DNA of 64,000 bases from Prorocentrum cordatum (GCA_963575745.1 CAUYUJ010000178.1:1-64000); one strand, 5' to 3'. Shown: positions 24,657 through 38,215, counted from the first letter of the stretch. Translations and numbers: made by a program. Notes: a model not told the origin generated them from the sequence alone.

Positions 24657-27600
24657 AAGGAGGACGACGAGGAGGACGAGGAGGCAGAGGTGTGAGAGCT
24701 AGAGGTCGGAGTTCGTCTCAGCGTGAGGGGCGCGGGCGAGGCTTAGGTAGGGGCAAGGGTTCGAGCAGCTTGCAGCGCGCGCCGCCGCCACCGTCGATCG
24801 GCTAGCCCACGGAGGGCGATCTTCGCCCACGCGGCCGTCCCCGCAGGAGGGTGGGGACCTCGTCGCCTTTTTATCTTGATAATTTGCGTTACTTGCAGAT
24901 GTCATCGCACGCGTGCTATCAGGTCTTGTTTGAGATCATGAGGGCAACCCAGAGTCCAGCGGAGTAACTTTTTAGTTGGCAGAGGACTTGAATGGGATGA
25001 GAGAGAAAAAGGAGGGGGAGGATGTAGCGAGGAGGACCCATCAGTGACATCGCTGCAGAGTTCAAGCCCTTGGGCCGGTTGCACGGCACGGGGGTCGCGG
25101 GCGAGACGCCCGGACACCGCCCCGTCGAAACGCCTGGGGGGCGGGGCGGGCGACAGGAGGAGCTGCCCACAGGAAACAGGAACGGGAGAGGAGGAGGACG
25201 GAGGAGGAGGAGGAGGAGCAGGAGGAGGAGGAGGAGGACCCGATCCGCACGAGGAGGAGGAGGAGGAGGAGGAGGAGGAGAAGGAGGAGGAGGAGCTGCC
25301 CACAGGAAGCAGGAACGGGGGAGGAGGAGGACGGAGGAGGAGGAGGAGGAGGAGGAGGAGGAAGAGGAGGAGGAGGAGGACCCGGTCCGCACGTTGACCT
25401 GCGCCCCGCTCCGCACGCTTCGATCTGGGAAACAGGAATGGGGGAGGAGGAGCAGGAGGAGAAGGCTCTCTTGGGACCCTTGGGGGGGGTTCTTGTCTTC
25501 GGGCCTTCCCGGGCTCTGCCGGGGCCCTCGCGGGGCCTCTTCGATCCCTGCTGACGTCCGTCGGAGAGTTTCGGGGGCGCTTTGGAGCGAGCTGCGGGCG
25601 TCTTGGAGGCGTGTGGAAGCGCTGTTTGGGTTGCCTTGAAACCGGATTGGCCCCGTCTTCGAGGCCAATCGGGGGCCTCTGCGGCCACCTCGGGGGCTTC
25701 TTGGGCCGTCTTGGGACCTCTTGGGAGGCTTTCGGCCGCCACCAGAGGCATGTGGAGCTTATGTGGGAGCCGTCGTGAACCGAATATCTTGGTGAGCGCC
25801 ATAAGATGCAACACGCATCGTGGAGCGTGGTTCTTGTTGTCTATCTGGTACCCTTTGCGGGGCCATGTTACAGCCTGTTGAAGCCAAATTGAGGCCACTG
25901 CTGAGGATATCCTGGCGTATGTTGGGCATGTTGGCTGGAGTTGTCGGCCACATTGGAGGTTCCCTGCGGCAGTTGGGAGGCGAGCCATGCGGGAAGCCGC
26001 ATAGGGCCCCAGGCATAGTTGATGCGTTCGCCCCCCCTCCCCGTCGCCCCCCCCTCCCCTTCAAACGGGAGCCTGGACCCGTGGGAAAACGAGAGCGGGG
26101 ACAGCATCGAAAGGCTACTCGTTGAAAGTACGCGCCTCGGGCCCCGCATGCTCCGACATCAGGGTGAGGGGGCCCGAGCGGTCGGTCTTGCTTCTTCCCT
26201 GCGCGCGCGTGGCTGTATGGAGGGCTCCGTCTCTGGGGGGCGATAGTTGGGGGACAAAACATGGGGGCGAAACTTGAGGGCAATTCGTTGGCGCGGTACA
26301 TGGGGGGCAATACATGGGGGCGGGTCTGGGGGGCGATTCTGGGGGGCAGTGCACGGGGCGATACTTAGGGGCAATGCCCGGGGCGCTACTTGGGGGCGAC
26401 ACATGGGGGCAATACATGGAGCGATATTTTGGGGTGGGGCAAGATCGTGGGGCGACGCTTGGGCGCAATACATGAGTGCAGCACTTGGGGGCAACGCACG
26501 GGGACAATACGTTCGCCACCGCCGCCGCCCCCCGCAGTCTTCTCGGCAAGTGCGGGGGGCCACGTCTTTCCAGCGCCCTTCCTGCTTGCAGCAGCCGAAT
26601 TGGCATCCTTGTGCCATCCTTTTTCCTGGGTCTGGCCGAACCCGGGTCTACCTCAACCGTCTTCCTCCTCCGTGCCACACAGAGGGGAAGAGAATTCTAT
26701 CTAAATTCTGTGGCTTTCCCAAGGAACGGCTGCTCGTCCCGTGCCGTTCCCTGCTGCCCCAGGAGACCGAAAACGGCGATCCAGGACTCGTTCTCTTCGG
26801 GGCCCGCCCCCTGCAGTGGAAACCCGCACCAAGAAACACCTTGCTTGCCTCCAGGAGGCCCTGGGTGTCTTGGGTTTCGATGGTTTTGCGATGGAAAGCT
26901 TGACGCTCCCACGGACGTCCTGGGGTCTCAGGGTTGGGCTTATTGTGGAAGGTTTCTTCTGGACTAGCCTCCACTGCACATGCAAACTCATGCCTAGAAT
27001 AGTTTTTTTCCCGAGCGATAAAGCTCGAAATGCCTGGCATGCTGCTCCCAGAGGGGGGGGGGGCTTTTGCTCGGGAGGGGGAGGCCGCAGCACCGCTCAA
27101 AGACGTGCTGTGCACCAAGCCTCGCAGAGAGGGGCCTTTCCCAAATCCATGCTTCGGTGCGGATCCTCCTTTCGGCGACGAGCAAAAAGGGGGGAAACGA
27201 GAAGGAGTGGGCCTTCTCAGAAGGCGGCGGGGCTTCTGAGAAGCCCTCGCGCCTTCCGAGAGGTGCTTCTTCGGGGAGGCTCAGAAAACTCCTCAGCAGG
27301 TCGAGGGACTTCCAAACCTTCTGAGAAAGCCTTCTCCTTCGCACTTCCCCACCTCGCTCGCCGCCGATTCTTGCCACCGCTCCGAACGACGGGTCCTCGA
27401 GCGCGCCCTGTCTCCATCGTCGTCGGCGGCGTCGGCATCGTCGGCGTGGTCGTGGTGCGCGTTGTCCTGCACAGTACTGGTTCCAAGACATGCGACGCCC
27501 TGACTTTTTCAATACGGAGCCCCTGGAAGTCCCGACCCTTGCCCCCGGGGCCGGTGTCTCGTCCCGAGTCGTTTGCTGACGGTCCCGAGGCCCGGCCAGG

Positions 27601-27786
27601 GCCCCCCCGAGGCCGAGGTTGACCAGAAGCCTGCCGCCCTGATGCTTCTGCTTGCTGCGACGCGCTCATGTCTGGGCTCCCCTGCTGCAGGCACACCGCC
27701 CCGCCACCAGGCCTTCCGCACGGCCGCCGATCTCTCTCCCACGGCCTTGGCACCCCGGGCGAGCCCGGGGCCCCGCGGCTTCCAAG

Positions 27787-27933
27787 GCGGCGCTCGGGGA
27801 GGCCGACGCCCCCCCGCGCGGGGAGGTGCCGTGCCTGGACGTGACGATCTCGCCGCAGCACGGCGCTCCTCCCAGCAGCGGCGCCAGCGTGCCGCCGGAG
27901 CTGGACCTGGAGCCGGGGCGCCCCGCGGCGCAG
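27787..27933 (+). CDS. Candidate downstream exon of the SP-RING gene (disordered C-terminal region; 5' boundary uncertain)
   Basis: GC3-rich non-repeat island encoding AALGEADAPPRGEVPCLDVTISPQHG...GRPAAQ. The CAG|GTCAC donor is mirrored by the CAG|GTCAC acceptor at 32011-32018. Confidence 0.5.
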
Positions 27934-28146
27934 GTCACCAGGGGCAGTACGGCAGGGGGGCTGTAATGAGGCCGAGGGCCGCGAGGCTCGAGGCGTTCGT
28001 GGGTTCTCTCTCGGCGGCGGTGTGGCCTCGGGAGGCGCTGCAGCAGGGGCGCCTCGCCGAGAGCGTGCCCAGGGGTGCCCGGGCCGCCCCGAGCGGCCGC
28101 CGGAGGCCCGAGGCGTGGCCCGGAAGCCACCAGGGGCGGTGGATAA

Positions 28147-28390
28147 TCGGGAGCCTCGAGACGGGGTCAGTGCAAACGTGGGTCAGCCAGGGCCCCGGAT
28201 CCTGCAGGATCCTGCGAAGATCTCCTCTGGCTGACCCGGGTCAGCGAGGCGCTCGTGGCCGCGAGGCGGCCGCGCATATTGGTTGACCCGGGTTTGCAAA
28301 GACCTGCGCTGCAGTTTTCTGTTCCTGCATTGCAGATTTTGGTTTCGTGCTGACCCGGGTCTGGATTGACCCTGGTCAGAAGATCCCCGA
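28147..28390. mobile_element. MITE family T3 (TCGGG..CCCGA termini), copy 1
   Basis: ~40-bp imperfect TIRs with repeated GGGTCA/TGACCC motifs; GGATA on both flanks (offset by one base); homologous to 33769-34013. Confidence 0.75.
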
Positions 28391-28518
28391 GGATAGGCAG
28401 AGGGAGGCGTGCACCGACCCGCAATCGCCCATGCATCGCCGATGAAGGCCCGATGGGCTCACCCCGCCCAGGACCGTGCGGCTTCGCTATCGGGGGCCTG
28501 TCGCCGATCTGTCGGCAA

Positions 28519-28552
<34 letters not shown>

Positions 28553-28732
28553 CCTATACGACCACCCTGCGGGTGATAAGGAGGTGAGGGGGGAGGGGGA
28601 ACTAACGTCTCACTCAATCGACCTCGCTATCGATCTCACATTCGGTCTCACAGAAGGTCTCACATTCGGTCTCACATTCGGTCTCACATCGGGACACCAT
28701 CATCATCATCGACATCATCATCATCATCAACG

Positions 28733-28857
<125 letters not shown>

Positions 28858-29202
28858 GGGACACATCATCATCATCATCACCATCATCAACATCATCATC
28901 AACATCCTCGTCATCGGGACACCATCTTCATCAACATCATCAACGTCATCATCATCATCATCACCACCATCATCATCACCATCATCAGCATCATCACCAT
29001 CATCATCTCACAATCGATCTGACTATCGATCTCACAATCGATCTCACTATCGATCTCACAATCGATCTCACATTCGGTCTCACTACCGATATCACAATCG
29101 ATCTCGCAATCGACGTCATCATCATCATCATCATCATCATCAACATCAACATCATCAACATCATCATCATCATCATCGCCATCATCAACATCATCATCAT
29201 TA

Positions 29203-29255
<53 letters not shown>

Positions 29256-29573
29256 GATCGGGACACCGACGGGACACCGACGGGACACCGGCGGGACACC
29301 GGCGGGACACCGCGCGCCACCGGCCGCCCGGTGGAGAATCATTTGGTCCGGCCGCGCCTCAGCCACAGAGGACACCACCGGGACACCGGCGGGACACCGC
29401 GCGCCACCGGCCGCCCGGTGGAGAATCATTTGGTCCGGCCGCGCCTCAGCCACAGGAGACTTTCCTCTCGCCCGCCCACGCAGCTTCGCCTCGCCCGCAC
29501 GCACGGCACGCACGAACACGAAACCGAAATCGATTTCCCGGTAGGGGGGCTCTCCGTTCCACTTCGATCTCAC

Positions 29574-29618
<45 letters not shown>

Positions 29619-29624
29619 TGTATT

Positions 29625-29695
<71 letters not shown>

Positions 29696-29758
29696 GTATA
29701 TATGTATATGTATATGTGTATATGTGTAAACATATATATATGTATATATAAATATATA

Positions 29759-30704
29759 TTCCTCTCCCTATATCTTTACAAGCCTGGGTGGGGGGAAAAC
29801 CCGTACCCCCCCCCAAAAAAAAAAACGGACTCCCAGGATCTGGGGCTTATGGGACCTTCCGGACGGGCCTCGAAGCGGCCCCCTGGACCTCGCAGGACGT
29901 GGCGCGCTCCCGAAACGACCCCAAAGAGCCCAATACGGTCCACGACGACCTCCAAGAAGCTGTCATACCCCCAAAGATTGTCCTGAAACGTCCCAAGAGG
30001 CCTCTAAGAGCACTCCCAAGAAGGCCCCAAGAGGCGAAAATCATTGATTTTCTGTTGGTTTTTGGTTTATTTTGTGGTTCTCCTCTTTTCGGCTCCCTGA
30101 CGCTCCAAGACGGCGGTCTTCTGGGCGTCCGAAGCCGCCTGGGAGGCTCCAAAATCGCCCCACAACCATCCGAAAGGGCTTCCAGGCAGTCCACGAGAGC
30201 CCCAAAACGGCACAACAGGGGTCCAAGATGGCCCTTAGAGAGCCCCATGGCGGCCCAAGATGGCCCCAAAACACCCTCCGAAGCATTCCAAATTGTGACC
30301 CGGTCGTTCAGGGAGACCGCGGTTGGAGGCAGGGTGGCCCGAGGAAGCCCCCAGAGGCCCCCAGAACACGCCCAGGAGGCCTTCAGAAGACCTTTAGAAA
30401 GCCTGAAACAACTTTTGTGAGGCCCCCAGAGGCTCTCCAAGGAGGAGACTCCGCACAAAGAGCTGAGGAGGATGGGGAGAATGCGCAGGGCATGGCGAAA
30501 ATGAGGAAAAAGAAGCATGGAGGAAGGATAACGAATAACATTAATATAGCGGCGATGCCAGAAAAGGCAACAAGGAGTTATCACTAAATAGTCGGCTTGA
30601 CCTTCCTGCTAGTCCGCCTGCACAGCAAACTTCCAGGACCAAGGTGCATGGCGCGAAGCGCCACTGCAGTCTTGTATGTATGTATGTATAGATGCATATA
30701 TAGA

Positions 30705-30757
<53 letters not shown>

Positions 30758-31673
30758 GTGTGTGTGTACATTCCTCTTTCTATATTTTTACAAGCCCGGG
30801 CGGGGCGAAAACCCGTCACCCCCCCCAAACAAAAACTGGACTCCTGGGATCTGGGGCTTAAGGACCCTCCGGACGGGCCTCGAAGCGGCCCCCAGGGCCT
30901 CGCAGGACGTGGCGCGCTCTCGAAACGACCCCAAAGAGCCCAATACGGTCCACGACGACCTCCAAGAAGCCGTCATACCCCCAAAGATTGCCCCGAAACG
31001 TCCCAAGAGGCCTCCAAGAGCACTCCCAAGAAGGCCCAAGAGGCGAAAATCATTGATTTTGTTGGTTTATGGCTTATTTGGGGGTTCTCTTTTCGGCTCC
31101 CCGACGCTCTAAGACGGCGGTCTTCTGGGCGTCCGAAGCCGCCTGGGAGGCTCCAAAATCGCCCCACAACCATCCGAAAGGGCTTCCAGGCAGTCCAAGA
31201 GAGCCCCAAAACGGCACAACAGGGGTCCAAGATGGCCCTTAGAGAGCCCCATGGCGGCCCAAGATGGCCCCAAAACACCCTCCGAAGCATTCCAAATTGT
31301 GACCCGGTCGTTCAGGGAGACCGCGGTTGGAGGCAGGGTGGCCCGAGGAAGCCCCCAGAAATCCCCAGAACACGCCCAGGAGGCCTCCAGAAGACCTTGA
31401 GAAAGCCTCCAGAACACGCCCATGAGGCCCCCAGAGGCTCTCCAAGGAGGAGCCTCCGCAAAAAGAGCTGAGGAGGATGGGGAGAATGCGCAGGGCATGG
31501 CTAAAATTAGGAATAAGAAGCATGGAGGAAGGATAACGAATAACATTATTATAGCGGCGATGCCAGAAAAGGAGTTATCGCTAAATTGTCGGCTTGACTT
31601 TCCCGCTAGTCCGCCTGCATACCAAATTTCAAGGACCAAGGTGCATGGCGCGAAGTGCCACTGCAGTCTTGTG
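29759..31673. repeat. Two tandem diverged copies of a ~0.9-kb unit separated and flanked by TA/TATG/TACA microsatellites
   Basis: 29759-30675 and 30770-31673 align throughout. Related CCCAAGAGGCCTCC-rich sequence occurs inverted at ~25470-25740 and ~55240-56800. Confidence 0.85.
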
Positions 31674-31728
31674 TTATATATATATATATATATATATACA
31701 TACATACATACATACATACATACATACA

Positions 31729-31793
<65 letters not shown>

Positions 31794-32013
31794 AGTTCCA
31801 GGTCGATGCGTCTTCCCCCCCTAGGTTGGCCCGATTGTGGCTTTCGGATCACTGCTTGGGTCTCCAGCGGCCGTTCGGGACCCCTGGGCAGCCCCGGAAC
31901 GCTCTCGGCGAGGCGCCGCCGCTGGCAGGCATCCCGAGGCCGGAACACCGCCGAGAGACACAGGAAACGCCCGAAAACCTTAAGGGCCTCGAACCTCGAC
32001 CCGCTGACGCCAG

Positions 32014-32560
32014 GTCACGGGGCTGGAGCTGCCTCCAGACCTGGGGGCGAAGGCCCCGCTGGGGCCGCGGGGGCCGTCGCCCCTGGAGCTGCACGCGGGC
32101 GCAGCGCTCGAGCGCCTCGTGGCGCCCTGCGCGCTGGGCGCGGAGCTCCGGCCGACGGGGGCGAGGGCTGGGCCGCCAGGGCGCCGGGAGCTCGGCGCCC
32201 GATCGTCGTCGCCCGTGCAGCTGGACAGCCCGGACGCGCCCCGAGAGGGCGCGGCGCCGTGCGCGCCCGCCGCGGCGCCCGCCGCGGCGGCGCCGCGCGC
32301 GCCCGCCGTGCTGCCGTGCGCGCCCTCCACGGCGCCGTGCGCGCCCGCCGCGGCGCCCGGAGATGCCGCGCCGCCGAGAGGGCCACCGCCGGCGGCGGCC
32401 CGGCGTCCCCCAAACGGTGTGGTGGCCACGCCGCGCGGCGAGTCCGTGCGGCTTCGAGGTCACCGCGCGGTCGTGGGACTCGGGCCGTTCTCCGAGGGCG
32501 TCTCGGGCGACCGGGGCCCCCGAGGTCCCACGACCGTGCGATGGCGGACCGCGCGGTGAG
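32014..32560 (+). CDS. Candidate Ala/Pro-rich exon of the SP-RING gene (3' end and frame uncertain)
   Basis: CAG acceptor 32011-32013. Open frame VTGLELPPDLGAKAPLGPRGPSPLELHAGAALERLVAPCALG... in phase with the previous candidate exon. Confidence 0.5.
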
Positions 32561-32790
32561 GTCCCCGAGATCCGACGGCGCGGAAAAGTTGAAGCATCGT
32601 TGGAAATACGACCGGAACCCCAGACCTCATCTTCGGGCAGGATCGATCTGCGAGGGCCCCCGAGGGCCCCGAAGCCGCCGGGCGAGAACGCCCGGCTCGA
32701 GAAAGGTCAGGGCGCCAGGATCTTAGGAGTCGTTGGGGACCCTGCGGTCACCACGCGGTCCGCCACCGCACGGTTTGGGGGGCCCCGCAG

Positions 32791-32922
32791 GCGGCGTCGC
32801 CGACCGCGGAGCCGCGCGGCGGGTGGACCTCCGCCGTGGCGGCGGCGCTGCGGCGGCGCGGGCCGGGGCGGCCGCCGCAGGAGGGCGCCGCGCAGGTCGC
32901 GGCGGAGGCCGCGGATCCAGAG
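32791..32922 (+). CDS. Candidate exon (low-complexity C-terminal region)
   Basis: CAG acceptor, GT donor at 32923, 132 bp. Encodes AASPTAEPRGGWTSAVAAALRRRG...AADPE. Confidence 0.4.
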
Positions 32923-33056
32923 GTCCATCGCCTCCTCCTCCTCCGCCTCCTCCTCCTCCTCCTCGTCCTCCTGCTCCGCCTCCTCCTCCTCCTGCTCCTC
33001 CTCCTCCTCCTCCTCCTCCTCCTCCTCCTCCTCCTCCTCCTCCTCCTCCTCCTGCT

Positions 33057-36000
33057 CCACCCATCGACTTCCAGCCTCACCTTTCCGACCTCCATTGTCC
33101 ATCTTCCGACCCCCAGCGTCCAACAGTTGCCGAAAACCAGCTTACCACCTCAAACTCGCAACCCCCTACTCTCGATCGTCAGCAGCTCGGGACAAAGAGC
33201 GCAGGAGGGGGACGAGGATACTACGGCACTGTCGACGGCGACGTTCCAATCAGCATGAGACGGACAACACCGATTGAGAACGACTTCGGCCAAACGCTTG
33301 CCCAGAACCATGCGAAACCGAGACCATCATCATCTCCACAATCTTTCACCATTACCCACAAGAACGTGAGAAGCCTGACAAACGACGACTCTATCGATGT
33401 ACTGTTGCATGAATTGGATGACGTTGAATGGGATAGATTTGCTATCAACCAAACTTGGCGGACTGAGCCCCAGGAGATGTGGACTACAAATCTTGGCAAC
33501 CACTTATTTGTAGCATCCGGCCTTTACGGACACATCACGAGGAGTTGGATTTCTCCTTCATCGGCGACACGCCCAACACGTGAAGCGCCTCTCGCCCCTT
33601 AACGAACGCATCGTCTGCATGGACCTTGACCTCCCCGAGAAGTTCCTGGGAGTCGTTGCGGCGTAGTTTCCTCACTCGGGCTACGCAGACGTTCACATCC
33701 AGCACATGCACGGCCAGATAACCGCTTTACACGATGGCGCCACCCGGGAAAAGAGGACGTATATCGTCTCGGGAGCTTTGAGACGGGGGTCAATGCAGAC
33801 GGGGGTCAGCCAGGGCGCCAGATCCTGCAGGATCCTGCGAAGACCCCCTCTGGCTGACCCGGGTTAGCGAGCCGCTCGTGGCCGCGGGGCGGCCGCGCAT
33901 ATTGGCTGACCCGGGTTTGCGAAGATCTGCGTTGCAGTTTTTGTTTCCTGCATTGCAGTTTTTGGTTTCCTGCTGACCCGGGTCTGGATTGACCCGGGTC
34001 AGGAGATCCCCGATCGTCACGGGGGACTTCAATGCACAGGTGGGCAGACATCGGTTCCACGACGAGGTCGGAGGGGCACTGTGGGCAAGTTCGGTTTGGG
34101 CACATGCAACCCACGCGGAACATGGCTCAGGGCTTGGCCAAACACGCAGAAGCTCGTCGTTGCGAATACGTTCTTTCACAAGCAACACCACAACTTGTTT
34201 ACCTACACAAGTAGCGGCAAAGACTCAATTCAGACACAAATCGACTACATTCTTATCGACGGAGCGTGTCGTCACCAAGTGACCGACTCGTTGGCTTCCA
34301 ACGTCCCGGACCTTGGCTCTGACCACCAAGCTGTGTACATGAAGCTGGACCTCAAGACAACCGCGACAAAGAAGAGACGACGGATGCACAAACGACGCAG
34401 CAAACATTCCAATCCACCAGCCAACGACTCACTATACCAACAGCTCTTACAACAGCAACTGGGCGACCTCAGCCACGACGAAGACTTCGACAGCAGATGC
34501 AACCAAATTGGACAGGGGCTCAAGCTTGCTCAAAAGGAAAACCAGCAGCAACACCAGCAACCAACGAAAGACCACCCGGAAGACCCCGACGGCTGCCCGG
34601 ACACACGGCTCAAAATATTAATCCAACAACGACGCAATATTGACCCAGGAAACGCAGCTAAGAGAAAAGACATCAGCAAACAAATACTACGAGAGGTCAG
34701 GGCGATCAAGCGCACCAAGTTGAACGCCAAGCTCGACGAAATTGTTTGCCATTTTAAAGGCCTGAAGAAAATCGCCGGACTGAAAACGAGCAAACAGAAA
34801 GACATGATTGCATCAATGAAGACTTCTGATGGCAGCGAAGAAACCGAAAGGCAAAGCATAGCAGACGTTTTCGCGACCTTTTACGAAGAGCTGTACAAGG
34901 ACCCTCGCAGCACAGGGAGCCCCGACAACGCCTCGACAGAAGTGCAGAGTGATTAAGATATCCCACCATTCACAGCGAAGGAACTCCACCAAGCAATCCG
35001 GCAGCTCAAAAACGGCAGGTGCCAAGACACCGCGGGACTTACAACATAATTGCTCAAAGCAGGTGGCGCCACCATAAGAGAACACTTACGCCGGCTCTAC
35101 AACGACATCATCAAGAAGGACCAGACCCCCCCTGACCAATGGAAACGCACAACTGTCACAGTCATCCACAAGTCTGGAGACCCCAAACTCCCAGGCAATT
35201 ACAGACCAATTGCCATCATCCCGTTGCTCTACAAGCTGATGTCACGTCTCCTGTGCAACCGGCTGGGCTCTCTGTTCGACTCGCAGCAGTGCCCTGACCA
35301 AGCAGGCTTCCGCAGGAGTTACTGCACGGAAGGTCACCTCTTCACCACAACAATGCTACAATAAAGGTCTTATGAGTGGCAGCTTCCGTTGTGGGCAGCA
35401 GCAATCGACTTCAAGAAGGCCGTCGAATGCGTCAACCACGAATCCTTGTGGGCAGCTTTACGACAACAACACATCCCGCCCGCATACATCATTTTCGTGA
35501 AGCAGCTGTACCGCGGCCAAACGGGAACAGTCAGAACGGACACCAACAGCAGACCTTTCAACATCGAGCGAGGCGTAAAGCAGGGAGACCCACTGAGTTC
35601 CTTACTATTCAATGCCGTCCTCGAGCACGTCTTCAGACAAGTCAAACCTATCTGGTCGCGCAAGAAGTTTGGAATCCAAGTAGGGCTTGCACCGCAGACG
35701 CGCATTACAAATTTACGCTTCGCTGACGACGTGCTGCTCTACGTCCCCAATCTTCGCCCGCTCACTTGCTTACTTCGAGACGTCAGCGACGAAGCAGCAG
35801 AATGCGGCTTGCTATTACACCCAGACAAGACGAAGCTTTTGACAAATGCTAGCCGGAGGGAGGGGAGGACGATTGACCATGTTACCATTAGGTGTGGAAG
35901 AGTCGACATTTTGCGGTCAGACCAAAGCGCGAAATAATTGGGGGAGAAAGCTCACGTTCTGCGATTTCCACTACGCAGAACTACGCAACATAATTGCTGC

Positions 36001-36720
36001 CGGGTGGAGCCGCTTCAACCAATTGCGATACGAGTTGACAAACAAACGTTTTCCATTACACAGCAGGATGAAGTTGTTCAGCGGCACGATCACGCCGTCC
36101 GTGATGTACGGGTGCTCCTCTTGGACCCTCACCAAAGACATGTTCTTAATTTTACGGCGAGTCCAACGAAAAATGCTCAGACTTATCATGGGTGCACCGC
36201 GACGTCGCAAAGCACACAACCAGAACGCCCACGACGACCACGAGACCAACCAGAACAAGACCGAGAGCAGCACAACAAACTGTGAAGACCCACCACACAG
36301 CACGGTGAATGACGAATGGGAGGACGGGATGGAACCGTGGACAGAATACATACGCCGAGCAACCCGGATCGCCACAGAGCACGCCGAGTGCTCAAAGATG
36401 GAATGTTGGACCACGTTGTACTTCAAACGGAAACGGAGATGGGCATCGCGAGTTGCGACGCACGGCTGCGACAGGTGGACCTTCCTATCTAGCATGTGGG
36501 AACCAAGCAACCACGACCATCGACCTGCACAGCGACGTCATGGAGGTCAAAAGAAGCGCTGGGATGACGACATCACCCAATATCCTCCACACCACAAGCA
36601 CGACACAGCACAGCGACGCCCACAACGGCAGCAGACAATGGTTATCAACCGCATCAAATTGGCAGACCTGGAAGTCAATGGAAGATACGTTCTTGGCCTA
36701 CGCTGGCAACTTCTACCGCT
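33057..36720 (+). mobile_element. Decayed RTE-like non-LTR retrotransposon (APE endonuclease + RT pseudogene); ends approximate
   Basis: Motifs KNVRSL, GDFNAQVG, VANTFF, QIDYIL, SDHQAV, NYRPIA, QAGFR, IDFKKA, GVKQGDPLS, LRFADDVLL. In-frame stops at 34954, 35362 and 35935, several frameshifts, and a MITE insertion at 33769-34013. Confidence 0.92.
33769..34013. mobile_element. MITE family T3, copy 2, inserted in the RTE endonuclease
   Basis: TSD TCGTC. Removing the element plus one TSD restores KRTYIV-TGDFNAQVG. Confidence 0.88.
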
Positions 36721-37180
36721 TGGACTGATCGGGCCCCGGCCCGCCGCGCCCTTCCTCTCCCTTCTTGTCCCTCGTCGTCGTCGTCGTCTCGCCGTCGTGT
36801 CGCCCTCCCCATGCATGGGGCCTTCGCGGGCTCACAGGAACTTGACCAAGCAGGGCTAGCAGTAAGAGCAGTAGCATACTCGTTTTTTCTCGGCGCTCCG
36901 GTGCCTCCGCCGGGCTCTTGTAGGGCCGCCCCCCCCAGACGTCTGACCGGCGCCTCGCTTCGCCTCCTCCTCCTGCTCCTCCTCCTGCTCCTCCTCCTCC
37001 TCCTTCTCCTGTTCCGTATTCTCTTTCTCCTCCTCCTCCTCCTCCTCCTCCTCCTCCTCCTCCTCCTCCTCCTCCTCCTCCTCCTCCTCCTGCTCCTCCT
37101 TCTCCTCCTCCTCCTCCTCCTCCTCCTCCTCCTTCTCCTCCTCCTCCTCCTCCTCCTCCTCCTCCTCCTCCTCCTCCTCG

Positions 37181-38215
37181 GCCACCGCACCCATTGTGGC
37201 ACACCCCTCACACGCTTCGCGGCTCCATAGGGAGCGCCACCGAAACCCCACGTGCCAGCGTTCGCATGCGGCCACCGCACAACTTTTGGCACACCCCTCA
37301 CACGCTTCGTGGCTTTACACGGGGAGCCCCACCGAAGGCCCAAATGCCAGCGTTCGCATGCGGCCACCGCACCCTTGACACACCCCTCACACGCTTCGCG
37401 GCTCCATAGAGAACCCCACCGAAGGCCCAAATGCCAGCGTTCGCATGCGGCCACCGCACCCATTTTGGCACACCCCTCACACGTTTCGCGGCCACACAGG
37501 GAGCCCCACCGAAGGCCCAAATGCCAGCGTTCGCATGCGGCCACCGCACCCATTTTGGCACACCCCTCACACGCTTCGTGGCACCACAGGGAACCCCACC
37601 GAAGACCCATATGCCAGTGATTGCACGCGACCACCGCACCCATTTTGGCACACCTCTCACACGCTTCGTGGCCCCATTGGGAGCGCCACCGAAAGCCCAC
37701 GTGCCAGCGTTCGCATGCGGCCACCGCACCCATGTTGGCACACCCCTCGTTTCGTGGTTCCACAGGGGGAGCCCCACCGAAAACCCAAATGCCAGCGTTC
37801 GCATGCGACCACCGCACCCATGTAGACACACCCCTCACAAGTTCCGTGGCCCCAGAGGGAGCCCCACCGAAGGCCCAAATGCCAGCGTTCGCATGCGGCC
37901 ACCGCACCCATGTAGACACAACCCCCAAACGTTTCGTGGCCCCTCAGGGAGCCCCACCGAAGGCCCACGTGCCAGCGTTCGCATGCGGCCACCGCACCCA
38001 TTTTGGCACACCCCTCACACGTTTCGCGGCCACACTGGGAGCCCCACCGAAGGGCCAAATGCCAGCTTTCGCACCCACCGCACCCATGTTGACACACCCC
38101 TCAGACATTTCGTGGCCCTGCAGGGAGCCCCACCGAAGGCCCATATGCCAGCGTTCGCATGCGCCCACCGCACCCATCTTGACACACCCCTCACACGCTT
38201 GGTAGCCCCATAGGG
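37181..38215. repeat. Tandem satellite, ~90-bp unit, ~11.5 copies
   Basis: Unit starts at 37181, 37271, 37363, 37450, 37540, 37630, 37720 and onward (GCCACCGCACCCATTTTGGCACACCCCTCACACG...GCCAGCGTTCGCATGCG). Confidence 0.92.

Larger units (their letters stand above)
20079..25009 (+). mobile_element. Apparently full-length non-LTR retrotransposon (APE endonuclease-RT-zinc fingers plus a downstream ORF)
   Basis: Flanked by a 14-bp direct repeat AGGAGGGGGAGGAT (20065-20078 and 25010-25023), with a short A run at the 3' end. Inserted in a GGA tract. Confidence 0.85.

Noticed and set aside
37181..38215. CRISPR array or SL array (several units contain CCATTTTGGC)
   Set aside because: Units are repeated in full with no unique spacers and no cas genes. 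The match to the leader is only 10 nt and lacks CCGTAG and TCAAG.
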